DNA of 45,042 nucleotides, taken from an uncultured Halobacteriovorax sp. (lineage in GTDB: Bacteria > Bdellovibrionota > Bacteriovoracia > Bacteriovoracales > Bacteriovoracaceae). Location of the stretch: the NCBI GenBank assembly GCA_964352175.1, contig CAYGQW010000001.1, positions 1 through 45,042 of the forward strand, given 5' to 3'. The notes beneath the pieces were generated by a model that saw nothing but the letters and a program-made list of their open reading frames with translations, was not told the origin of the DNA and did no database searches. This document shows positions 25,925-33,621 of this stretch, piece by piece. Numbering within the stretch: the stretch's first letter is position 1; every line of letters begins with the position of its first letter. The translations under genes and the position numbers were made by a program.

Positions 25925-26844
25925 ATATCGGAATAAAAGAAATACAAATTTACGAACCAGAAGATAAAATTTCGGCCGAGTCCTTAGGGATTAAGTTCTC
26001 CTTAGAGGGATCATTTATTGAGGAAAAAATAGGATTTAGGAACTTTGGAAAATTTTCGAAACAAGAAGATAATTTCTTTGTATTACAGAATGTCATTAAA
26101 CAACTTAAACGTTATGAAAATATTAAAAATAAAATTGACTTTTTAATAGTAAGTACTCCAATGCCTAGTCATATAGCTCCACATATGTCTGAAATGCTAC
26201 GTGATCAGCTTGAGCTTTCTTCAAATGTATTTACCCTTGATGTAAATCTTGGTTGCACCGGTTATGTAAAACCTCTCATGATTATTAATTCACTTATGAA
26301 AGATTATAAATTCAAGCAGGGAATCCTATTAACAATTGCTCAAACTAGAAAATCCATACAAGATAATGACAAAGACACAAACTTAATTTTTGGTGACACA
26401 GCAAGTGCAACTTTAATTAGTGATGATACGAACTATAAGTTTAATTCTTTCAATTTTGGCTCAAACTCAAAAAAGGATAGTTTTAAAGCAATTATTGGAA
26501 ATACAGGCAAACATTTCACTATGGATGGTAGAGGGGTTTATGAATTTGTACTTAAAAATATTCCACCTGCAATACGTGAGATAAGTGAAAATAATGAAAT
26601 TGATTATTATATATTTCACCAAGCCTCAAAGGTTATCGTTGAGCAATTAGCTAAAAGATTAAAAATAGAAGAAAATCAATATAGCTTCAATACGAAGATG
26701 CCTGGAAATTCAGGCGCTACAACTATCCCATATAATTTAAAAAAAATAATTGAGAATAAACAATATAAAAAAATACTGCTTAGCTCTTTTGGATCAGGCC
26801 TTGAATGGGCAAATTGTATTTTAGAAAGGGTCGATAATGAGTAA
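25921..26844 (+). CDS. KASIII (FabH-like) condensing enzyme/acyltransferase with a probable non-canonical start
   Basis: The track lists only 26161-26844. The frame is open from 25909 and encodes a FabH-like N-terminus (INIGIKEIQIYEPEDKISAESL...). Cys-His-Asn triad contexts are NLGCTGY, IFHQAS and PGNSGATTIP. Starting at ATA 25921 places the Cys at residue 112. GAAGGAG (25907-25913) lies 7 nt upstream of ATA 25921. There is no ATG/GTG/TTG in frame before 26161. Confidence 0.65.
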   Translation: MNIGIKEIQIYEPEDKISAESLGIKFSLEGSFIEEKIGFRNFGKFSKQEDNFFVLQNVIKQLKRYENIKNKIDFLIVSTPMPSHIAPHMSEMLRDQLELSSNVFTLDVNLGCTGYVKPLMIINSLMKDYKFKQGILLTIAQTRKSIQDNDKDTNLIFGDTASATLISDDTNYKFNSFNFGSNSKKDSFKAIIGNTGKHFTMDGRGVYEFVLKNIPPAIREISENNEIDYYIFHQASKVIVEQLAKRLKIEENQYSFNTKMPGNSGATTIPYNLKKIIENKQYKKILLSSFGSGLEWANCILERVDNE

Positions 26845-27079
26845 CGAACAAGCTATACAATCTATACAAAACTCTTTTGTTGAAGCTGGGTTTGAGGGAA
26901 AGCTAGATTATAAAAATCTAGCGATACCACTAGATCAGCAAGGGATTGATTCATTAACCATGATGGCATTTGTTTTTGAGTTAGAAGAATCAACAAGTTT
27001 TAGATTACCTAATCATATGCTGCAAAAAGGCATTACTTTAAAACAAATTATTCAATTTTTATGTTCCGAATCTAAATAA
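26837..27079 (+). CDS. acyl/peptidyl carrier protein (ACP/DltC-like)
   Basis: 80 aa. Phosphopantetheine attachment context QQGIDSLTMMAFVFELEE. 8-nt overlap (ATGAGTAA) with the KASIII gene. Confidence 0.75.
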   Translation: MSNEQAIQSIQNSFVEAGFEGKLDYKNLAIPLDQQGIDSLTMMAFVFELEESTSFRLPNHMLQKGITLKQIIQFLCSESK

Positions 27080-27675
27080 GAATAAACAGTGAGTAGATGA
27101 TTGCCCATTACAAAAGAATCAAAGCATACAAAGTCAGTAAACGAATTATTTCTAAGCTTAATAGAAACGCTTTCATTCTTTATTGTACCAAGCTGTGAGT
27201 ACTTCAGTCTAGTAGCTATCAGTTTATCGAATCGATTAAAATCTGTTGTCAAAATATCCCTAGCGGACTCCAAAACAAGATTTAAAACATCAGAAGTTAA
27301 AGTTGAACTAGCAATAAATTCACGTTCAAAAGAAGTGCTTTTAGTAAAATCGGGGGAGTAGTCCTCAAGTTGTTCAATTTTTTTCAAAGGAGAAGAGTTA
27401 CTAACGCCATAGTAGTTAATTCTTCTACCATTAATATATACAACTTCAACTTTAAAAAGTTGAGACTCATGTTCCATAATCCTATCAACAAGCTTTACAG
27501 TGGTACTAACAGGAGATTTAAAAATAATGTCTATTGTTTTGAAGTCTTTAAATAAAGTCTCAATTGATAAAAGTATATCAACAGCTTTAACGTATAAACG
27601 TCCATTAAGGAGACTGATATCTATAAGTTCTAGTCTAGAATTGAAAATAAACAAACTCCTTAATGCCATAAACAC
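27052..27675 (-). CDS. hypothetical protein, last gene of the SGNH-MBOAT operon
   Basis: 207-aa ORF in AT-rich DNA with no recognised motif. It overlaps the MBOAT 3' end by 41 nt (same strand) and the carrier-protein 3' end by 28 nt (convergent). The start is uncertain. Confidence 0.4.
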   Translation of the reverse strand: MFMALRSLFIFNSRLELIDISLLNGRLYVKAVDILLSIETLFKDFKTIDIIFKSPVSTTVKLVDRIMEHESQLFKVEVVYINGRRINYYGVSNSSPLKKIEQLEDYSPDFTKSTSFEREFIASSTLTSDVLNLVLESARDILTTDFNRFDKLIATRLKYSQLGTIKNESVSIKLRNNSFTDFVCFDSFVMGNHLLTVYSYLDSEHKN

Positions 27676-29035
27676 TAAATCGAATTAAACTTATCGTTAG
27701 AGTAGATAATAGAAAAGTAAAAATGATTGGATTTAATTTTGATATTTTTTTAATTAAATTAAATTTAAAATCAATGTATTGAAATACGACAGTTAAAATA
27801 GCTAATACAAAAAGAATTGGAGGCACTTCCCTCCCTAATTCAGACCAATTGAAAATACGAAGATAGAGGTTGGTAAAATTAGAATCAGTTAGATTGATCG
27901 TGACTAGAGATGTTAACGAAAACCATATTAAAGTAATAATCACAGATAATAAACTAGGAAGCTTAAAATTTGAGTACTTTGAAAACAATATAGAAAAAAC
28001 AAAAGCAATCAAATGTATAGCAAACCAATATAAAATATTTGAGCCGATTGCGTGCCAAAAACCCGAAAAAGCAAAACTAATAAAAATGGCAACAAAGATG
28101 GAAAGTTTTGTTTTTTTTGTTTTAAAATAAAAAAACCTAGCGATAGGACTGAAAATGTAATCACGAATAAAATCATAAAAAGTGATATGCCACGAAGCCC
28201 ATCTTTGCACAATATTTTTCGCTAGAAGAGTATTAATAAAGTTCTGTGGTATTTTAAATCCAAGTAATCCAGCTAAACCAACGGATATATCCGAATAAGC
28301 TGAAAAATCCAGATACAGTCTAATATAATTCAAAAATGATATCTGGAAAATACCTAAAGAATTATATAGCTCATTATGATCATTAAAGTAACTGATCTCA
28401 TAAGAAAATCTATCGGCGAGAACTAGTTTTTTAAAAAAACCAATTACAATAAGGAGTATGTACTTTCTAAAGTCGATAGCTTTAAAATATTTAGAAGATC
28501 TCAATTGTGGCAAGAATTCATCTGACCTAACAATTGGACCAGCAATAAGTTGTGGAAAGAATGAAATATATAGTAGGAAATCAAAAATAGAGTTTGAAGC
28601 CTCTAAACGACCATTATAAACATCAACAACATAACTAATTGACTGAAAAGTATAAAAGCTTATACCCAAAGGAAGAACAATACTTAAGCTTGTTACATCA
28701 TCAGCTAAAACAGTTGGAAAATATTGGTCAAAAAAACCAATAAGGGAGGCAAGGTATTTAAATCCAAATAGTAGCGAAAGATTTAAGGCTAGACTTGTAA
28801 GGAGAAGAATTTTTCTGCTCTTCGTATTTTTTTCTTTCGAAATTATTTTTGCCAGGTAATAGTCTGTCAGTGATGAAAATATAATAAGACTTAAAAATCT
28901 ATAGTCCCAAAAAGAATAAAAGACATAGCTGCTTAAAAGTAAAAAGAAATTGCGCTGATTATTCTTTGGCAATAACCAATAGGATATGAATACGACTATA
29001 AAAAATAATATAAAAGAAAAGTCTACATATAACAT
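27635..29035 (-). CDS. membrane-bound O-acyltransferase (MBOAT; AlgI/DltB/PatA family)
   Basis: 466 aa, polytopic. Family hallmarks: GISFYTFQSISYVVDVY, FFPQLIAGPIVR, and the conserved His context FSGFWHAIG. Confidence 0.85.
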   Translation of the reverse strand: MLYVDFSFILFFIVVFISYWLLPKNNQRNFFLLLSSYVFYSFWDYRFLSLIIFSSLTDYYLAKIISKEKNTKSRKILLLTSLALNLSLLFGFKYLASLIGFFDQYFPTVLADDVTSLSIVLPLGISFYTFQSISYVVDVYNGRLEASNSIFDFLLYISFFPQLIAGPIVRSDEFLPQLRSSKYFKAIDFRKYILLIVIGFFKKLVLADRFSYEISYFNDHNELYNSLGIFQISFLNYIRLYLDFSAYSDISVGLAGLLGFKIPQNFINTLLAKNIVQRWASWHITFYDFIRDYIFSPIARFFYFKTKKTKLSIFVAIFISFAFSGFWHAIGSNILYWFAIHLIAFVFSILFSKYSNFKLPSLLSVIITLIWFSLTSLVTINLTDSNFTNLYLRIFNWSELGREVPPILFVLAILTVVFQYIDFKFNLIKKISKLNPIIFTFLLSTLTISLIRFSVYGIKEFVYFQF

Positions 29036-29967
29036 CAGTTTTTATTCTTTTTTAATGGAGTACAGATAGACTCTCCAATTCGTTGAGAAATAAGTCTTGC
29101 TCCCCCTCTATTTGGATGACTGTGATCGTACCAATATTCAACGTCATACAAATCACGATCGCTATTTGGACTCAAAACTAGAGAATCATCTAATTGAGTT
29201 TTTAAAAAGTGCTCATTGCCTATTGAGAAATTATAGGGCAATAGCAATTTATAGCTAATTTTATCCAAATCTAAATAAGTCATATTCCTTAAAATATCAT
29301 TAGGCTTTTGTGATAAATCCGAATGATTATAATTTTCAACTTTCAATCTGAATTCCTCTAAAGACTTTTCTTCTAAGAATTTGGTGTGACGTTTAAAATT
29401 ACGACCGAACTGATCGTCTAAAGCCCACCAACCCATTTGTCCAACTGGATAACTACCAATTGAGCTTTGAGATGCAAACCAATGACTAGCACTATAGCCA
29501 TGGCCTAAATTGTGCTTCAAAAATCTTTTAATTAACTTTATTTTGTCAGCGAGTGTTGGAGATTGACTCCATTCGAAAGTGAACGCATCCCAATCAAGTG
29601 TTAAAATTGATTGATAACTAAACTCGTTATTATCAAAATTTACAAATGGATAGATGAAAAAAGTAGTTTTAACCTGTGAATGCTTTTTTATATAATCAAT
29701 AACAAAGTCATAATCTTTGATCGACATATTTGGAATCGAAAAATTAAAGCTACTAATATTACAGCCATTAGCTTTTGCATATTCATCAACAACTTTAGGA
29801 TTGATCGTACGATAATAATTACTCGCACCTAAAAAAATAACATTATGTACTTGAGGATTATAATCAATGAATTTTTCAGAAAAGTGCTTTATATATGGAG
29901 GGAAAAAATATGCAAGAGACCTCCCTCCCAAAAACAAAACAGTCAAATATAGTAAAATGTATTTCAC
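29035..29967 (-). CDS. N-terminally anchored SGNH/DltD-like partner of the MBOAT
   Basis: 310 aa with a signal anchor. Block I-like VIFLGASN and block V-like YDHSHPNRGGARLISQRI (DxxH). Its stop overlaps the MBOAT start (TGATG), the classic two-component O-acyltransferase arrangement. Confidence 0.55.
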   Translation of the reverse strand: MKYILLYLTVLFLGGRSLAYFFPPYIKHFSEKFIDYNPQVHNVIFLGASNYYRTINPKVVDEYAKANGCNISSFNFSIPNMSIKDYDFVIDYIKKHSQVKTTFFIYPFVNFDNNEFSYQSILTLDWDAFTFEWSQSPTLADKIKLIKRFLKHNLGHGYSASHWFASQSSIGSYPVGQMGWWALDDQFGRNFKRHTKFLEEKSLEEFRLKVENYNHSDLSQKPNDILRNMTYLDLDKISYKLLLPYNFSIGNEHFLKTQLDDSLVLSPNSDRDLYDVEYWYDHSHPNRGGARLISQRIGESICTPLKKNKN

Positions 29968-30042
29968 ATTTATTATTATACCTTTAATTACTATAACTTG
30001 AATTAGTTTGATTGAATTTTAATCGTTGTTTAAAATAAATGT

Positions 30043-30450
30043 ATGAAAAAAATATTTCAATTTCCTATGTGGCCTTGGTGGTTTTTTGCCTTATTCGTAA
30101 TTTTAGATTTCTATTACGCCTTTGCCTCATGGGAAGATATCCGTAAATCAATCGGATGGATAAAACATATTCCGCAAAAGACAGATTTTAAAATAAGACA
30201 TATAGTACAGTTTTCGCCACAAGCTATTTGGTTGTATTGGATATTCTTCGTACGCCAAAACAGGTCCTTAAAAGTTTCATTTATTTTATCATTTTTAATC
30301 ATAAGCTTAATAGGCGCTCTTAGCGAAGCAATACAAATTTTAAGTCCAACGAGAATTCCAACATTTCAAGATGTCTTTTGGAATGTTGTCGCGGCCTTAA
30401 TTGGTAGTTCATTTTCATATCTTTATTTTAGATACAAAAAAGCCCGCTAA
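30043..30450 (+). CDS. VanZ-like membrane protein
   Basis: 135 aa with 4 hydrophobic segments. VanZ-family motif GALSEAIQILSPTRIPTFQDVFWNVVAALIG. Confidence 0.7.
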   Translation: MKKIFQFPMWPWWFFALFVILDFYYAFASWEDIRKSIGWIKHIPQKTDFKIRHIVQFSPQAIWLYWIFFVRQNRSLKVSFILSFLIISLIGALSEAIQILSPTRIPTFQDVFWNVVAALIGSSFSYLYFRYKKAR

Positions 30451-30460
30451 AAGCGGGCTT
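30440..30460. terminator. GC-rich hairpin between convergent VanZ-like and S8 protease genes
   Basis: aagcccgc-taaaa-gcgggctt: 8-bp stem (6 GC pairs) with a 5-nt loop. On the minus strand it is followed by TTTTT (complement of 30435-30439), so it most plausibly terminates the protease transcript. It overlaps the last VanZ codons. Confidence 0.6.
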
Positions 30461-30483
30461 CCTAATCTAAACTATTTTTCTAA

Positions 30484-31809
30484 TTACAGTTTGAACATAG
30501 ATGGAAGTGGAAGAACTACACCTTCACTCTTAACATTCGACTTCGTATCAGATGAAGGAATGTCTTGTACATCTGTAATCGAGTTACGAATAGCAAGGTC
30601 AACATTCATTGAACGAGATAGCTCAGCCGCACGAACTGCACGAGCAGAGTTAACAGTTCCTGAAGTCTTAACTTTACCAACAAGCCATTCACGAATATCG
30701 ACAGTTCCAAGAATAATTTTCTTGATATCTCTTGGAGAAAGCTCAGTGTTTGCATCTTTAACTTGGCCAGCAATATTTGCTACGAATGGTGAAGCTTGAG
30801 AAGTACCACTTACAACAAGATATTTATTACCAGGAACAGTTGAATCAATTCCAACACCAGGAGCTGCAACGTCTACCATTGAAGCGCCATAGTTAGAAAA
30901 GCTTGCAAGCTTATTAAACTCTAATGCAGCAGCAACAGAGATAACGTTATCAGCTTGGATATTTGTTGGTGAAGTTGGGAACTCATCATTATTAAGACCA
31001 TCATTACCAGCAGCGAAAACAAACAAAGTGTCTTCAGCAGCTTGAACCATATGATCGCCCTCTTTAATAAGAGTATTTAAGAACTCAACTGTTAGCTCAT
31101 GAATTTGCTCATCTGTTGGAGGCTCTTTTCTCATAATAGTTCCAGCAAGCATTTCAACAATCATACGCGCTTGTGGATAACCAGTACCAAATGAACCGTT
31201 AGCAACATCAACTTTGTGACCATCGATATAACGAGCAACACTTGTAAGCATAACCATTTGCTGAGTAGCCAATAGCTTTAAGCCTTGCTTAAGTAGGAAG
31301 AGCCCTGGTCCTGCTTTTTGTGTTTTAAATGGAAGCTTTACCTCTGTAGGGATGATCTTAACTGCCATAACTTTAGCAAGATCTGAATCTTTTGCAGTAA
31401 TACCCGCGACGTGTGTTCCGTGCATGAAGTTTCCATAAACCTGAAGAGACTTAATAAAGTCTGCATCTTGGACTTTCATCTTAACCCAATCTTTTTCTTC
31501 TTGAGTCGCTGTACCATAGAAAGATTTTGTTTGGATTTCGAAGAAGCGACGAACATCAAAAGTCAGAGAACCCATATAAGAGTAATCGATGATTTGATTG
31601 TTAGTTTCAGCAAAGTTCCAACCGTTGATATCATCTTGATAACCATTAAAGTCATCATCACGATCATTTGCTTCGATCTCACCAGCATTAACCCAAGCTT
31701 TATCATAAAGCTCTTTGTGAAGTAGATCTGTTCCAGAATCAATAACTGCGATGGTTGCACCATGGGCAGTAAAAGAGGCCAAGGCCAAAATAGCTAATAA
31801 CTTTTTCAT
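30484..31809 (-). CDS. secreted subtilisin-like serine protease (S8)
   Basis: 441 aa with a signal peptide. Catalytic triad contexts AVIDSGTD, HGTHVAGI, SGTSQASPFVA. Confidence 0.85.
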   Translation of the reverse strand: MKKLLAILALASFTAHGATIAVIDSGTDLLHKELYDKAWVNAGEIEANDRDDDFNGYQDDINGWNFAETNNQIIDYSYMGSLTFDVRRFFEIQTKSFYGTATQEEKDWVKMKVQDADFIKSLQVYGNFMHGTHVAGITAKDSDLAKVMAVKIIPTEVKLPFKTQKAGPGLFLLKQGLKLLATQQMVMLTSVARYIDGHKVDVANGSFGTGYPQARMIVEMLAGTIMRKEPPTDEQIHELTVEFLNTLIKEGDHMVQAAEDTLFVFAAGNDGLNNDEFPTSPTNIQADNVISVAAALEFNKLASFSNYGASMVDVAAPGVGIDSTVPGNKYLVVSGTSQASPFVANIAGQVKDANTELSPRDIKKIILGTVDIREWLVGKVKTSGTVNSARAVRAAELSRSMNVDLAIRNSITDVQDIPSSDTKSNVKSEGVVLPLPSMFKL

Positions 31810-31874
31810 TAAAGAACCTCCGTGTCATAGCCACGTTTAATAACAGTAAAAGAAGAGTTTAATTAAAACGCCCT

Positions 31875-31900
31875 AATGTTGAACTGTCCCGTCCAACATT
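31875..31900 (-). terminator. possible weak terminator hairpin downstream of the second S8 gene
   Basis: aatgttg / caacatt 7-bp stem with a 12-nt loop, and T-rich flanks on both strands. It is AT-rich with a large loop, so support is weak. Confidence 0.3.
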
Positions 31901-31933
31901 CTGTCTTTTGCTGTCATTTTTGAGGTTTATTTT

Positions 31934-33442
31934 TTAAGCAAAGCGATTAGCTTTAGAAAATTTCCCGAGCATAAAGATCAACAATATCCCGGCAAACATT
32001 CCTCCTCCAAAATCACCTGGACCACCAGTCATATCAACACTGCCGCATGCACCGCCGCCTTCTTCTTCTGAGCGGGTGATGAGAGGCACCGTAGGAGCTT
32101 GGCTAACTGTATCTGAGCCACTTAAGACTGGGTCTTCTGCAATTGTTCTAGCGGCTTGTGCAACTGCTGAGACAGCGAATACAAAACCACCGCCACATCG
32201 ACCAGGCACAGCGCACATTCCGCTCATGACACTGCCACTGGCTCTTAGAATACTCTCCACCTGATGTGCAGCAATATCATGGTTAACACTTTTCATTAGG
32301 GAGACAATGCCAGCTATATGTGGCGAGGCCATTGAAGTACCACTCATCTCTGTCACTGTGTCACTACCTGGAGTTGTTCTTCCGCTATTACCAAGAGAGA
32401 AAACGCCATTAGGAGATTGACCACCAGGGGCTACGATATCGACAGCACGCCCATGATTAGAAAACCAAGAAAGTTGACGTGAACGATTTGATGCACCAAC
32501 TGTTACAACGTTACTACAAGTTGCTGGCGTCACTGGATTTGAATCCATATCAAGCGAGCTATTACCAGCGGCTACAACCACCACTGCTCCTTGAGTGACA
32601 GCGTAATCAATTGCTGATTGCATCGTGAAGTCACAAGCACCTGAGCCACCAAGACTTAAGTTAATAACTTTAGCCGGTGTTGGGTTTGGTCTAAGTCCAG
32701 CCACAATTCCACCAGGGCCACCGGCCGCCCAACGTATACCGTCTGCAATATCTGAAGTGTAGCCACCGCATTTACCAAGAACTCGAACAGGTAAAAGTTT
32801 TGCATTAGGATTAATTCCTGCCACATCCATACCGTTATCATTTTCGGCTAAGATTGTGCCGGCCACATGAGTTCCATGCCATGAACTATTTGAAGACTGA
32901 CCTTGGTAGCATGGGTCTCCAGGTCCAACCCAGTCCCCTGGATCAGTTGCATCGCGATCGCGCCCATCGCCATCATTAGAAACAGAAGTATCACTGATCA
33001 TATCAGCACCTTGAAGAATTCTGCCTTCTAAATCACGGTGCGCTCTAATTCCTGTATCAACAACAGCGACGACGATATCTTCGCCTTCGCTTTCAGTCCA
33101 AACAGTATTTAAATCGATACCTGAAAAATCATCAAAGAAATGCCACTGATCATCAGCACGTGGATCATTAACAGATGGATTGGTCATCCCAAAGTGAGAA
33201 AGAATTTTATCTTCCTCAACGTTAGCAACGCCTTCCCATTGCTTCATAGCCTCAGCTACAGACTCGCCTTCTTTGAGTTCGACAATCATCCTGTCTGGCT
33301 GGGCCTGACCGCCTAGAACAGATCTAGATGCGCCCACAAAATCATTATTCTTTTTGAACGTGACGATTAATCTTTTTGTAGGACCAGCTGAAAAAGCTGT
33401 TGCTGGAATAATAAATATAAGTAGCAATAAGCGTATGACCAT
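31934..33442 (-). CDS. secreted subtilisin-like serine protease (S8) with an I9-type propeptide and a C-terminal sorting-signal-like tail
   Basis: 502 aa. Signal peptide and a propeptide-like region (KRLIVTFKK...MIVELKEGES). Triad contexts VAVVDTGI, HGTHVAGT, SGTSMASPHIAG. The C-terminus is EEGGGACGSVDMTGGPGDFGGGMFAGILLIFMLGKFSKANRFA: a Gly/Cys motif, a hydrophobic helix and a basic tail. Confidence 0.85.
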   Translation of the reverse strand: MVIRLLLLIFIIPATAFSAGPTKRLIVTFKKNNDFVGASRSVLGGQAQPDRMIVELKEGESVAEAMKQWEGVANVEEDKILSHFGMTNPSVNDPRADDQWHFFDDFSGIDLNTVWTESEGEDIVVAVVDTGIRAHRDLEGRILQGADMISDTSVSNDGDGRDRDATDPGDWVGPGDPCYQGQSSNSSWHGTHVAGTILAENDNGMDVAGINPNAKLLPVRVLGKCGGYTSDIADGIRWAAGGPGGIVAGLRPNPTPAKVINLSLGGSGACDFTMQSAIDYAVTQGAVVVVAAGNSSLDMDSNPVTPATCSNVVTVGASNRSRQLSWFSNHGRAVDIVAPGGQSPNGVFSLGNSGRTTPGSDTVTEMSGTSMASPHIAGIVSLMKSVNHDIAAHQVESILRASGSVMSGMCAVPGRCGGGFVFAVSAVAQAARTIAEDPVLSGSDTVSQAPTVPLITRSEEEGGGACGSVDMTGGPGDFGGGMFAGILLIFMLGKFSKANRFA

Positions 33443-33560
33443 TGTTCCTTCCTTGGATTGAGGTCTCTATCGCTATTGTAACTTTCAAATACTAGGCCAG
33501 CTTCCCAGCACATTATTCCGGGGTATTAGACGTATATAGTCGGGATCAGTTTGACCCTAG

Positions 33561-33592
33561 AAAAACAAAATGACCCCTTAAAAAAGGGGCCA
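33561..33592 (-). terminator. rho-independent terminator of the S1 protease gene
   Basis: Stem cccctt/aagggg (33574-33579 / 33584-33589) with a 4-nt loop. On the minus strand it is followed by ATTTTGTTTTT. Confidence 0.6.
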
Positions 33593-33621
33593 TTAATAAG
33601 AAATTGAATAGTTAGAACTTA

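Noticed and set aside
16992-30450. Island borders searched for mobile-element signatures (integrase, transposase, direct repeats, adjacent tRNA).
   Set aside because: None was seen. The nearest tRNA is 10 kb away on the far side of housekeeping genes, so I do not call it a genomic island in the mobile sense. It is only compositionally distinct.
30401-30799. 132-aa plus-strand ORF spanning the VanZ 3' end, the terminator hairpin and the S8 protease 3' region.
   Set aside because: It runs antisense to a protease gene with an intact catalytic Ser context and crosses a strong hairpin. There is no RBS or motif.
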